This document shows positions 9,013 to 18,562 of a stretch of DNA of 63,990 nucleotides, one piece after another (position 1 is the first letter of the stretch; each line of letters starts with the position of its first letter). The notes under the pieces were generated by a model, which made no database searches, was not told the DNA's origin, and worked only from the letters and a program-made list of their open reading frames with translations. Source of the stretch: Thermoanaerobaculia bacterium (GTDB lineage Bacteria; Acidobacteriota; Thermoanaerobaculia; Thermoanaerobaculales; Sulfomarinibacteraceae); the NCBI GenBank assembly GCA_027067575.1, contig JAMOVQ010000012.1, positions 1-63,990 of the forward strand. The letters run 5' to 3'. A program made the position numbers and the translations under genes.

Positions 9013-9840
9013 TCAGTAACCCGCAGCCTTCAGGATCGACCGGGCCGTCTCCGCCTCGGGAGCGTCCGGTGCGAGCTGGAGAAACCGCTCCAGGTCGGCC
9101 AGCATCTCCGACGTCTGCTTGAGCTTCTCCCGGCAGAGCGCCCGGTAGTACCAGGCGTGGGCGTAGGAGAGATCGGCCTCCAGCGCCGCCGTCAGTCGGC
9201 TCGCCGCGTCGCTCCACTTCTGCTCGAACGCGTACGACAGCCCCTGCTGGTACGCGACCATGGCCGGATCCCAGCCGTTGGCCGCCGCGACCTCGAGCGC
9301 CTCCCGGGCCGCGTCGAACCGCTTGAGCCGGACGCGGGACGCTCCGGCGTAGAAGGAGGCCCTCGGATCGTCATGGGCCTTGTCGAGAATCGCGGAGGCC
9401 CGTGCCTCCGCCGCGCGCCACGCCTCCGTGCCGCCCGAGAGATCCCTCCGGAAGGTGTAGAGCACCTCGCCGAGCCAGTACGCCGGGGCCGGGTCGCCAG
9501 CGAGCACATCCTTCGCCGCACGGAGCCGGGCGATGCCGTCGTCGACCTTCCCCTCCTCGGCGAGCAGGAGTCCCCAGGCCGTCTCGAGCCCCCCTCCGGT
9601 CCCCGCCGTCTCGAGGATCGTACGGGCCTTGGCGTGCTGCCACCGGGCCAGCAGAGCCACAGCCTCGTCGGCCGCCGTGTCTCCGGCCGCCGACTGGCTC
9701 TCCCCCTGCCCCGCCACGCCCCGCGCCGTGCCGACGGATGCCTCCCGCGCGCCGGGTTGCTTCCGGATCTGGGCCTCGGACGCGGGCACTGTCAGGATCA
9801 GCGCCGCCACCGCGATCAGCATGCTCGTCCCTCGCCTCAT
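9013..9840 (-). CDS. Secreted tetratricopeptide-repeat protein
   Basis: GGAGG SD; signal peptide MRRGTSMLIAVAALILTVPASEA; TPR-like helices (AYYWL/AWYYRALC, FLQLAPDAPEA). Confidence 0.8.
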   Translation of the reverse strand: MRRGTSMLIAVAALILTVPASEAQIRKQPGAREASVGTARGVAGQGESQSAAGDTAADEAVALLARWQHAKARTILETAGTGGGLETAWGLLLAEEGKVDDGIARLRAAKDVLAGDPAPAYWLGEVLYTFRRDLSGGTEAWRAAEARASAILDKAHDDPRASFYAGASRVRLKRFDAAREALEVAAANGWDPAMVAYQQGLSYAFEQKWSDAASRLTAALEADLSYAHAWYYRALCREKLKQTSEMLADLERFLQLAPDAPEAETARSILKAAGY

Positions 9841-10023
9841 GGTGTCCTCCCGTTCCTCTCCACCCTGCCCCGCCCCGCCCCCCGTGTCAAGGAGCCACAC
9901 CACCCCTGACGCCACCGTATGCGCCCCCCTCGGGTTCACCCCATTCGCCCTGGAGTGCCTCGCCTTCTGGAGCCTCCTCGCAGGTGGTACCCTTGGAGCC
10001 GACCGGATCGAATGGACGGAGGG

Positions 10024-10800
10024 ATGACGATGACCCGACGAACGATGCTCGCGCTCGTTGTGACCGTACTGGCGGCTGGCCCGGCCGCGGCCCAGTTCCT
10101 CGCACCGGGGGGGACGGTTCCCGTGGTGGCCAACCTTCCCGGGAACGCCGGGACGTTCTGGCGGTCCGACGTCACCATCACCAACGTCTCGGACACCGAC
10201 ACGACGGTCGTGCTCGAGCTCTATCCGGAGATCGCGGGCGGCGAGCCGACTTTCGAGAAGCCGGACCCGGTCCGCGTCGAGATCGGTGCGGGAGAGCAGG
10301 CGTCGCTCTCCAACGTTGTACAGACCCGGTTCGGCCTCCAGGGCGTCAAGGGCGCCCTCCAGATCTACTCGGAGAACGGTGCGCCCCTCGTCATCACCTC
10401 CCGGACATGGACGCCGGGCGCTGGAGGGAGCTACGGGCAGGGTGTCTCGGGCGTGTACGTGGCGAACCGGGCCTGGCTCGGCGGCCTCGTCCAGGACGGC
10501 TTCTACCGGACGAACATCGGCATCTTCTGGCCGTGGGACCAGCACGCCACGTTCACGGTCCGGATCCACGCGGCGGACGGCACGGTGGTGAAGGAGACCT
10601 CGGTCGGGTTCGACCGGGCCGGCCTCCGGCAGCTCGGGCTGGACACGGCGCTGGGGGTTCCCTCGCTACCCGCCGGCTGGGTGGAGATCGAGTCGAGCGA
10701 GCCGTCCCTCGGCTTCTACGCCTACGCCTCCCGCGTGGACCAGGCCACGGGGGACGCGGCGTACCAGCCTGCTGTGGGCCGGTTCTCGGACGTGTTCTGA
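10024..10800 (+). CDS. Secreted hypothetical protein (beta-rich, ...FWRSDVTITN...AYASRVDQATGD)
   Basis: GGAGG SD, signal peptide ending AAA-QF, high-GC3 codons. Confidence 0.8.
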   Translation: MTMTRRTMLALVVTVLAAGPAAAQFLAPGGTVPVVANLPGNAGTFWRSDVTITNVSDTDTTVVLELYPEIAGGEPTFEKPDPVRVEIGAGEQASLSNVVQTRFGLQGVKGALQIYSENGAPLVITSRTWTPGAGGSYGQGVSGVYVANRAWLGGLVQDGFYRTNIGIFWPWDQHATFTVRIHAADGTVVKETSVGFDRAGLRQLGLDTALGVPSLPAGWVEIESSEPSLGFYAYASRVDQATGDAAYQPAVGRFSDVF

Positions 10801-10953
10801 CACGACGATCCGAAACGTTCCGGCCGACCCGGTTCCCTTCCTCCGGGAAGCGGCGTGCCGCACCGCGATACCGCGCCGCGGCAGGACGGCGGCGCCGTCT
10901 CCTGATATCCTGGACCGGCGGCCATCCGGGAGACCGCGAACGAAAGTGAGGCC

Positions 10954-11697
10954 ATGCGAGGACTGATCTCCTTCACCATCCTGCTGGTGATCAAGGTCAT
11001 CAGCCGCATCTTCTACCGGTTCCAGGTGGAATGGATCGGCGAGTTGCCGCCCGATCCCTGGCGGCGGCTGCGCATCCTCGCCGTGCTCAACCACACGAGC
11101 CTGTACGAACCGATCCTGGTGGGAGCGGCCCCGCTCCGGCTCCTCCAGAAGCTTGCCTGGTGGGGCGTGCTCCCCGTCGCGGCGAAGACGATGCGGCGCA
11201 AGGTCGGGATCTTCTTCCGGCTGATTGCGCGCAACGTCGTGGTGGTCACACGGAAGCGCGATCATACGTGGCAGGAGGTCCTGGAGAAGATCGACCATCG
11301 CGCGATGGTGTGTATCCTCCCCGAGGGCCGAATGATGCGGCCCGGAGGTCTCGACGCCGACGGGAACCCAATGACAGTCCGGGGCGGCATCGCCGACATT
11401 CTCCTGGCGATCGACGACGGCACGATGCTCCTCGTCTACTCCGGCGGACTCCATCACATTCAGGCCCCCGGAGAGCGGTTCCCAAGGCTGTTCAAGACCG
11501 TCTCGCTGCGTCTCGAGATGGTGGAGATCGCCGCCTACCGTGAGCGCCTCCTCGCACAGGCAGGGAAGGAGGGGTTCAAGAAGGCCGTGATCCGCGACCT
11601 CGAGGAACGCCGCAACCGCCACTGCCCCGGTTACGTCCCCGTCACCGCCCCGCGATCCGCGGAGGACGGTAGCGGCTCCGAGCGGCTCACTGCCTGA
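10954..11697 (+). CDS. Lysophospholipid acyltransferase family protein (PlsC-like)
   Basis: NHTSLYEP block I variant, ILPEGRM block III. Confidence 0.8.
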   Translation: MRGLISFTILLVIKVISRIFYRFQVEWIGELPPDPWRRLRILAVLNHTSLYEPILVGAAPLRLLQKLAWWGVLPVAAKTMRRKVGIFFRLIARNVVVVTRKRDHTWQEVLEKIDHRAMVCILPEGRMMRPGGLDADGNPMTVRGGIADILLAIDDGTMLLVYSGGLHHIQAPGERFPRLFKTVSLRLEMVEIAAYRERLLAQAGKEGFKKAVIRDLEERRNRHCPGYVPVTAPRSAEDGSGSERLTA

Positions 11698-11917
11698 TCC
11701 CCCATCCCGGCGCTCCCGGCGCCTCCTGAAAGGCCCTACAAGAAGACCGGGCCGGGCGGCCCGGAAAAGAAGAGTGGCGGGTCCGCGGAGGGCACGCCCC
11801 CCGCGGCGAAACGGACCATGTCACGTTCCGGCCCGTCCAGCTTCGTGTCACTCGACGGCCGGAAGACCAGATCATTCTATCGTCATACCCCGGTGACGAT
11901 CAACCTTGGCGTCCGGC

Positions 11918-12056
11918 CCTCTCGTTCCAGAGGGACACTCCCTGCAATCTCCCTGCAATCACCCTCTCATTCCAGAGGGACACTCCCTGCAATCACCACC
12001 GATGACAGGGACACTCCCCTCGAACGGACCGCCGCCAGCCACGGGGGACACTCCCC
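11918..12056. repeat. Cluster of four GGGACACTCCC palindromes, including a ~31-bp direct repeat
   Basis: CCCTCTC(G/A)TTCCAGAGGGACACTCCCTGCAATC twice (~11918 and ~11962), plus motif copies at ~12008 and ~12045. Confidence 0.8.
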
Positions 12057-12101
12057 TGGTCGTGGCCCCGTGGGGCCGTGGAGTCGCGTACACTTGGGCC
12101 C

Positions 12102-15100
12102 GTGGTTGGACGGATCGATGCCCTCCGGACCGCCCTCGGCGAGCGGATCCTGCTGCTGGACGGCGCCACCGGCACGGCGCTGGAGGGGATGGTACTCGGA
12201 CCGGAGAGCTACGGCGGCGAGGCCCTCGTCGGGTGCAACGAGGCGCTGGTGCTCCACGATCCCGGCGCCGTGCTCGAGCTGCACCGCCGGTACCTCGAGT
12301 CCGGCGCGGACATCGTGGAGACCGACACGTTCGGCGCGACGCCGGTGGTGCTCGCCGAGTACGGGCTCGCCGGCAGGGCGCGGGAGATCAACCGCAGGGC
12401 GGCGGAGCTGGCACGGCAGGCAGCCGGCGCCCTCTCGACGCAGGAGCGGCCCCGGTGGGTTGCCGGCTCCATGGGCCCGACCACCCGCAGCCTGACCCTG
12501 ACCGGCGGGATCACCTTCGCCGAGCTCGTGGCGGCGTACCGCGTCCAGGCCGAGGGCCTCGCCCAGGGTGGTGCCGACGTCCTGCTGATCGAGACGGCCC
12601 AGGACGCCCTCAACCTCAAGGCGGCGCTGATCGCCTGCGCCGAGGCCGCGCCCGGCGTTCCGGTGGCCGTCTCGGCCACCATCGAGCCCGGCGGGACCAC
12701 CCTGGGCGGGCAGACCATCGAGGCCGTGGCCGTGATGGTGGAACCGTGGGAACCGCTGTGGATCGGTCTCAACTGCTCCACCGGCCCCGGCCCCATGCGG
12801 GAGCACGTGAGGGCCCTCGCCGCCATGAGCCCGGCGTTCCTCTCGGTGGTTCCCAACGCCGGGATGCCGGATGAGGACGGCCGGTACTCCGAGACGCCGG
12901 GGCGGCTGGCGGAGGTTCTGGGCGCCTTCGCCGCCGAGGGATGGGTCAACCTGCTCGGTGGCTGCTGCGGCACGACGCCCGACCACATCCGGGCGCTTCG
13001 CGGGGTCTGCGATGCCCACAGCCCGCGGACGCCCGTGCCGTACGAACCGGCCTGGGCCGCAGGTGGGATCGCCGTGCCGCTCGTCCAGGAACGGCCCCCG
13101 ACCCTCGTGGGCGAGCGGACCAACGCGCTGGGCTCGCGAAAGTTCCGCGAGCTGATCGACGCCGGGAAGTACGCCGAGGCGGCCTCCGTCGCCCGCCGCC
13201 AGGTCCGCCGCGGCGCGCACCTGGTGGACCTGTGCGTGGCCGATCCGAACGCCGACGAGAAGGCGCGGATGACGGCGCTGGTGGAGGCCGTCCGGCGGGC
13301 GGTGCGGGTCCCGCTGATGGTGGACACCACCGACCCGGCGGTACTGGAGGCTGCGCTGGGACGGATCCCCGGCCGTCCCGTGGTCAACTCGGTCAACCTG
13401 GAGGACGGCGGCGCCCGCCTCGACCGGATCGCGGCCCTGGCCCGGCGGTTCGGGTGCGCCGTGGTGGCCGGGTGCATCGACGACGATCCGGAGGACGGGA
13501 TGGCCCGCACCGCCGGGCGGAAGGTCGAGGTGGCCCGGAAGCTGGTGGCCCGCCTGGAGGGCCACGGGTTCCGGCGGGCCGAGATCCTCGTGGATCCGCT
13601 GGTGTTTCCGGCGGCGACAGGGGACCCGAAGTTCGCCGGAGCGGCCCGGGAGACCGTGGAGGCGATCCGGAGGATCAAGCGGTCGATCCCCGGGGTGCTG
13701 ACCCTCGCGGGCGTCTCCAACGTCTCCTTCGGCCTGCCGGGCCCGGCGCGGAAGGTGGTCAACGCCGTCTTCCTGCACCATTGCGTGGAGGCCGGGCTCG
13801 ATGCCGCCATCGTCAACACCGAGGGGCTCGTTCGCCTGGGCACGCTGGCCCCGGAGGACGTCCGCCTCGCCGAGGCCGTGCTGTTCGAGGGCGACCGGGC
13901 CGCCATCGACGCGCTGACCGAGCGGTTCCGGGCCGCCCGGGAGCGCCGGACCGGCGAACTGGAACGGCTGCCCGCCCCGGAGCGGTTGCAGCGGATGGTG
14001 CTGGAGGGCGAGCGGGCTGGTCTGGAGGACACGGTCCGGGAGCTCTTGCGGACCATGGACCCGCTCGAGATCGTCAACGGCCCGCTGATGGCCGGCATGG
14101 ACGAGGTTGGCCATCTGTTCGGCGAGGGGAAGCTGATCGTGGCCGAGGTCCTGGTCTCGGCCGAGGTCATGCAGGCGGCCGTGGACCTCCTCCGGCCCCA
14201 CATGGCGTCGGCCGCCGATGCCGACCGCGGCTCGATCCTTCTGGCCACCGTGCGGGGGGACGTCCACGACATCGGCAAGAACCTCGTGGGGATGCTCTTC
14301 GCGACCAACGGATGGAGGGTGGTGGACCTCGGTGTCCAGGTTCCGTCAGAGCGCCTGATCGAGGCGTGGCGGACCGAGCGGACCGACCTGATCGGCCTTT
14401 CCGGGCTGCTCGTCCGGTCGGCGCACCAGATGGCGGCCACGGCCAGGGATCTGGCCGAGGAGGGTGTCCACGTGCCGGTGCTGGTCGGGGGCGCCGCGCT
14501 CAACCCGCGGTTCGTCCGGGAACGGATCGCTCCGGCCCACCGGGCGCCGGTGCGGTACGCCCAGGACGCCATGGAGGGGCTCCGGCTCGCCGCGGAGCTC
14601 GCTCGGGGCGGGGGCGGCGAGGATCCCGGTGAACCATCCGGGCCGGTCACGCCGTCCCCGGCCGAAGCACCCACGACCGGTACCGGGGAACCGGTGGACC
14701 CGTTGCCCGCCGGAACGTTGCCACGGCCGCCGGACCTGGAACGGCACGTGCTGCACGAGATCGCCCTGGATGCGCTACTCCCCCTGGTGAACCCCCAGGC
14801 GCTCCTCGGCCGCCACCTCGGGCTCCGCGGTCCCGTCCACCGGCTGCTCGAGTCCGGCGACGCCCGGACCACGGAGCTGGCCGCCCGCATGGAGGCGCTG
14901 ACGGACGAGGCCGTTGTCCGTGAATGGTTCCGGCCCGCGGGCGTCTACCGGTTCGTACGGGCTTTCTCCGAGGGCGAGACGGCCGTGCTCCTCGACGGGA
15001 GCGGGCGGGAGCTCGGGCGCCTCCGCCTTCCGCGGAAAGCCCGGCCGCCCCACCGTTCCGCCGCGCACTGGATCCACCCCGACCCGGAGGCCGGCGACGC

Positions 15101-15494
15101 CGTGGCGCTCCTGGCCGTCACTGTAGGAAAGGCGTACCGGGAGGCGGCCGAGGCGCTCCGCGTCGAGGGCCGCCTTCTCGACTCCTTCGCCCTGCAGGCC
15201 CTCGCCCTGGAGGTCGCCGAGGCCGCCGCCGAGTGGCTCCACGGCCGGATCCGCTCCCTCTGGGGGTTCCCCGATCCGCCGGAGACCACACCCCGCGACC
15301 TGCTCCGGGGCCGGTACCGGGGCATCCGCCTGTCGCCCGGCTACCCGGCCATGCCCGACCTCGAGGCCCAGCAGATCCTCTTCGCCCTCCTGAAGCCGGA
15401 GGCCGTGGGGATCGAGCTGACCGAGGGCCTCATGATGTTCCCCGAGGCGTCCGTCTCGGCCCTCGTCCTCCACCACCCAGACGCCCGACTCTGA
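12102..15494 (+). CDS. metH: Cobalamin-dependent methionine synthase
   Basis: LLDGATGT, GLNC and GGCCG Zn ligands, GERTNALGSRKF pterin domain, GDVHDIGKNLV B12 motif, RLSPGYPAMPD activation domain; start may be GTG 12102 (7 nt after TACACT) or GTG 12078. Confidence 0.95.
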   Translation: MVGRIDALRTALGERILLLDGATGTALEGMVLGPESYGGEALVGCNEALVLHDPGAVLELHRRYLESGADIVETDTFGATPVVLAEYGLAGRAREINRRAAELARQAAGALSTQERPRWVAGSMGPTTRSLTLTGGITFAELVAAYRVQAEGLAQGGADVLLIETAQDALNLKAALIACAEAAPGVPVAVSATIEPGGTTLGGQTIEAVAVMVEPWEPLWIGLNCSTGPGPMREHVRALAAMSPAFLSVVPNAGMPDEDGRYSETPGRLAEVLGAFAAEGWVNLLGGCCGTTPDHIRALRGVCDAHSPRTPVPYEPAWAAGGIAVPLVQERPPTLVGERTNALGSRKFRELIDAGKYAEAASVARRQVRRGAHLVDLCVADPNADEKARMTALVEAVRRAVRVPLMVDTTDPAVLEAALGRIPGRPVVNSVNLEDGGARLDRIAALARRFGCAVVAGCIDDDPEDGMARTAGRKVEVARKLVARLEGHGFRRAEILVDPLVFPAATGDPKFAGAARETVEAIRRIKRSIPGVLTLAGVSNVSFGLPGPARKVVNAVFLHHCVEAGLDAAIVNTEGLVRLGTLAPEDVRLAEAVLFEGDRAAIDALTERFRAARERRTGELERLPAPERLQRMVLEGERAGLEDTVRELLRTMDPLEIVNGPLMAGMDEVGHLFGEGKLIVAEVLVSAEVMQAAVDLLRPHMASAADADRGSILLATVRGDVHDIGKNLVGMLFATNGWRVVDLGVQVPSERLIEAWRTERTDLIGLSGLLVRSAHQMAATARDLAEEGVHVPVLVGGAALNPRFVRERIAPAHRAPVRYAQDAMEGLRLAAELARGGGGEDPGEPSGPVTPSPAEAPTTGTGEPVDPLPAGTLPRPPDLERHVLHEIALDALLPLVNPQALLGRHLGLRGPVHRLLESGDARTTELAARMEALTDEAVVREWFRPAGVYRFVRAFSEGETAVLLDGSGRELGRLRLPRKARPPHRSAAHWIHPDPEAGDAVALLAVTVGKAYREAAEALRVEGRLLDSFALQALALEVAEAAAEWLHGRIRSLWGFPDPPETTPRDLLRGRYRGIRLSPGYPAMPDLEAQQILFALLKPEAVGIELTEGLMMFPEASVSALVLHHPDARL

Positions 15495-15526
15495 CGCTCC
15501 ATCCCCGATCAGATCACCACGGCGTT

Positions 15527-15709
15527 GGGGACACTCCCCTTCCGAAGTCCTCTTGGAGTGCTGGAACCTCCACGTGCGTCATGGGCGCCTAGCCGGGCCG
15601 GGCCCAGATACTGATGCTCCAGATCAGGGACGAAACCATCCCAGGATCTCTCCGGGACCGTTCCCAAGCAAGAACGGTCTGCCCCTTTCTCTCACAAGGG
15701 AGTGTTCCC
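15527..15709. repeat. GGGGACACTCCCC-family palindromes downstream of metH
   Basis: Exact copy at 15527-15539, variant GGGAGTGTTCCC at 15698-15709. Confidence 0.6.
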
Positions 15710-15756
15710 GCTGGATGCCGTGTGAACCCGCCGGCACTGGCTGCCGTTAGAGGCCG

Positions 15757-16542
15757 TCAGAGAATGACGCCGCGATCCGAGGTGCGGATGAACTCGATGA
15801 GGCCGCGGACCTCGGGGGTGTCGGTCAGGCCATCGGCCTCGATCCGTTCCAGCGCCTCGATGAGCCCGAACTTCGGGCTGTGGATCAGCCGCCACGCCTG
15901 CTTGATCGCCCTCCGGACCTCCTCGGAGAAACCGCGCCGCTCGAGCCCGATGGAGTTGGGCCCGTAGCACTTCGCCGGCCTCGAGCCGACGGTCCGCATG
16001 AACGGCAGGCAGTCCTTCGTCGCCACCGTGAACCCGCCGAGGAACGCATGGATGCCCACCCGGCAGAACTGGTGGACGGCCGAGAACGCCCCGATGGTGG
16101 CGAAGTCCGCAACGGTGACGTGACCCGCGAGGGTCGCCGCGTTGGCGAAGATGACGCCGTCCCCAACGTGGCAGTCGTGGGCCACGTGAGCGTACGCCAT
16201 GAACAGCCCCCCGCTCCCGATCCGGGTGAGGCCGCCCCCCCCGGGGGTTCCCCGGTTGACGGTGACGAACTCCCGGAACGTGTTGCCGTCCCCGATCTCG
16301 AGCCGTGTCGGCTCCCCGCCGTACTTGAGGTCCTGGGGTGGCCCGCCGATGGCGCAGTGGGACTCGAACCGGTTCTCCCGGCCGATGACCGCCGGGCCGG
16401 CGATCCGGCAGAAAGGACCGACGACGCACCCGCCCCCGAGCGTCACACCGGCCTCCACGACCGCGTACGGCCCGATCTCGACTCCGTCGCCGAGGACCGC
16501 CGCAGAATCGACGATCGCCGTTGGATGGATCCGCGCGCTCAT
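15757..16542 (-). CDS. lpxA: UDP-N-acetylglucosamine acyltransferase
   Basis: IHPTAIV start, hexapeptide repeats, [35 protein letters not shown]. Confidence 0.95.
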   Translation of the reverse strand: MSARIHPTAIVDSAAVLGDGVEIGPYAVVEAGVTLGGGCVVGPFCRIAGPAVIGRENRFESHCAIGGPPQDLKYGGEPTRLEIGDGNTFREFVTVNRGTPGGGGLTRIGSGGLFMAYAHVAHDCHVGDGVIFANAATLAGHVTVADFATIGAFSAVHQFCRVGIHAFLGGFTVATKDCLPFMRTVGSRPAKCYGPNSIGLERRGFSEEVRRAIKQAWRLIHSPKFGLIEALERIEADGLTDTPEVRGLIEFIRTSDRGVIL

Positions 16543-16976
16543 TCCTCCGCCTCCACCATCGCTGACGAGAGCACCGCCTCGCAGACGACGTTGCCGTCCA
16601 CGCTCGCGGTCCCCTCGAGCTTCGCGAAGTTCCTGCGAACGCAGCGCGCCTCGACCTCGAAGACGACCTGGTCGCCCGGAACCACCGGCCGGCGGAACCG
16701 GCACCGGTCGATCCCGGCGAAGTAGATCAGCTTGCCGTCGAGCGACTCGAGGCCGTGCAGCAGCATGAAGCCACCCGCCTGGGCCATGGCCTCGACGATC
16801 AGGACGCCCGGCATGACGGGCGTTCCCGGGAAGTGCCCCTGGAAGAACGGCTCGTTGAACGTGACGTTCTTGATCGCTCTGACACGCTGTTCCTCGAGCT
16901 CGAGGATCCGATCGATCAGGAGCAAGGGGTACCGGTGGGGCATCACCCTGAGAATCTCGCGGATGTCGTGCATCAT
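16539..16976 (-). CDS. fabZ: 3-hydroxyacyl-ACP dehydratase
   Basis: [38 protein letters not shown]. Confidence 0.95.
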   Translation of the reverse strand: MMHDIREILRVMPHRYPLLLIDRILELEEQRVRAIKNVTFNEPFFQGHFPGTPVMPGVLIVEAMAQAGGFMLLHGLESLDGKLIYFAGIDRCRFRRPVVPGDQVVFEVEARCVRRNFAKLEGTASVDGNVVCEAVLSSAMVEAEE

Positions 16977-18013
16977 TCCCCCCCATCGAGCAGACCGGCC
17001 CGCTCGAGCACCTCCTCGAGCTCCCGGACCTTCCGCCGCAGCGCCTCGATCCGGCGCAGCGCGGCGGCATCCCGCAGCCATTCCCGGTGCGGACGAGCCG
17101 GGAAGCCGCTGACCATTGCACCCTCCGGGACGTCCCTGACCACCCCGGCCTTGGCCGTGGCCACGACCCGGCTGCCGATCCTCAGATGGCCCGCCGCACC
17201 GGACTGTCCCGCCATCACCACGTGGTCTCCAAGGACCGTGGAACCGGAGATCCCGACCTGCGCCACGAGCAGGCAGCCCTCCCCGACCGTCACGCCGTGG
17301 GCAATCTGGACGAGGTTGTCCACCTTGGTGCCCCGCCCGATCCGCGTCTCGCCGAGGGCACCACGGTCGACGCAGACGTTGGCGCCGAGCTCCACGTCGT
17401 CCTCCAGGACGACCGTGCCGACCTGCGGGACCTTGTGGTGGACGCCGTCCACCGTGGCGAACCCGAACCCGTCCGAGCCCAGCACGACGCCCGGGTGCAG
17501 GATGCACCGGTCGCCCACCGTACACCGCTCCCGGATCACGACGCCGGGGTGGAGCAGGCAGTCGGCGCCGACGGTCACGTCCTCCCCGAGGAGACACCCC
17601 GCTCCGACCACGGTCCGGTCCCCGACCCGGCATCCGGCACCAATGACGGCGTTCGGCCCCACCGAGGTCCCCTCGCCGAGTACCGCGCCCGGGTCCACCA
17701 CCGCCGACGGATGGACGCCCCCGGGAGGGCGCCGCGAGGGGTGGAACAGCGCCAGAGCCCGGGCCAGCGCCAGGTACGGGTGCGGGGTGACCAGCACGGT
17801 CCGCCCGGGCAGCAGCCCCGCATCGTCCACCAGGATTGCGCCCGCCCGCGACCGCCTCGCCTCGGCCACGTACTTCGGGTTGTGGAGGAACGAGAGGTCC
17901 GCGGGTCCGGCCTCGGCCAGCGGCCGGACCCCCTCGAGGACCAGGTCACCGTCGCCCTCCGGCCGTGCGCCGAGCCGCCGGGCGAGGTCGGCGAGGGTGA
18001 ACGACGGGCTCAC
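16973..18013 (-). CDS. lpxD: UDP-3-O-acyl-glucosamine N-acyltransferase
   Basis: [40 protein letters not shown]. Confidence 0.95.
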   Translation of the reverse strand: MSPSFTLADLARRLGARPEGDGDLVLEGVRPLAEAGPADLSFLHNPKYVAEARRSRAGAILVDDAGLLPGRTVLVTPHPYLALARALALFHPSRRPPGGVHPSAVVDPGAVLGEGTSVGPNAVIGAGCRVGDRTVVGAGCLLGEDVTVGADCLLHPGVVIRERCTVGDRCILHPGVVLGSDGFGFATVDGVHHKVPQVGTVVLEDDVELGANVCVDRGALGETRIGRGTKVDNLVQIAHGVTVGEGCLLVAQVGISGSTVLGDHVVMAGQSGAAGHLRIGSRVVATAKAGVVRDVPEGAMVSGFPARPHREWLRDAAALRRIEALRRKVRELEEVLERAGLLDGGE

Positions 18014-18540
18014 TGGGAGGAGGTGTTGAACCGCCGGATGATCTCGTCGGTGATGTCGGTCTTGGCGTCGTCCGCGTAGACGAGACCGGACTGGTACTTC
18101 TGGAAGATCAGGAGGTACCCCTTCTCCTTCCCGACCTGCTGAATGATCGGCATGATCTTCTGTTCCAGCGTCGTCAGGGCCTTGCGCCGGGCGTCATCGA
18201 GCTCGCGCTGGGCGTCGTCCTGGAACCGCTTGAGGGCGATCCCCTTGTCCTCGATCCTCTTGGTCAGCTCGGCCAGCTTGTCGTCCGACAGCGTGAACCG
18301 CTGCTTGTTGAACTGGTCCTTCAGGCTGTCGAGCTCCTGCTGCATCGCCTTGGCCTGGTTGAGCTTCTCCTCCTGGAGCTTCTTGAGCTTCGCCAGGGCC
18401 TCTTTGCCCGGATCGGACTCGGTGACCACACGCTGCACGTCGATGACGGCGACCTGGGCCTGCTGGGCCCGGACGGCCGGCACGGCACCGAGCACGACGG
18501 CCGCCGCAATGGTGATGGCTCTGATCGGAGAACGCTTCAT
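18010..18540 (-). CDS. skp: OmpH/Skp periplasmic chaperone
   Basis: Signal peptide, VAVIDVQRVV, coiled coil, DITDEIIRRFN; lies between bamA and lpxD. Confidence 0.9.
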   Translation of the reverse strand: MKRSPIRAITIAAAVVLGAVPAVRAQQAQVAVIDVQRVVTESDPGKEALAKLKKLQEEKLNQAKAMQQELDSLKDQFNKQRFTLSDDKLAELTKRIEDKGIALKRFQDDAQRELDDARRKALTTLEQKIMPIIQQVGKEKGYLLIFQKYQSGLVYADDAKTDITDEIIRRFNTSSQ

Positions 18541-18562
18541 GTTTCGATTCCTCCCTCGTTGG

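Noticed and set aside
11747-11770. Terminator after the acyltransferase gene
   Set aside because: The hairpin is followed by an A-run, not a U-run, so it does not fit either strand.
11918-12056. Possible mini-CRISPR array
   Set aside because: Repeat units and spacing are irregular, spacers are not unique or uniform, and no cas genes are present.
11700-12100. SAM or cobalamin riboswitch upstream of metH
   Set aside because: No recognisable consensus; the region is occupied by palindromic repeats.
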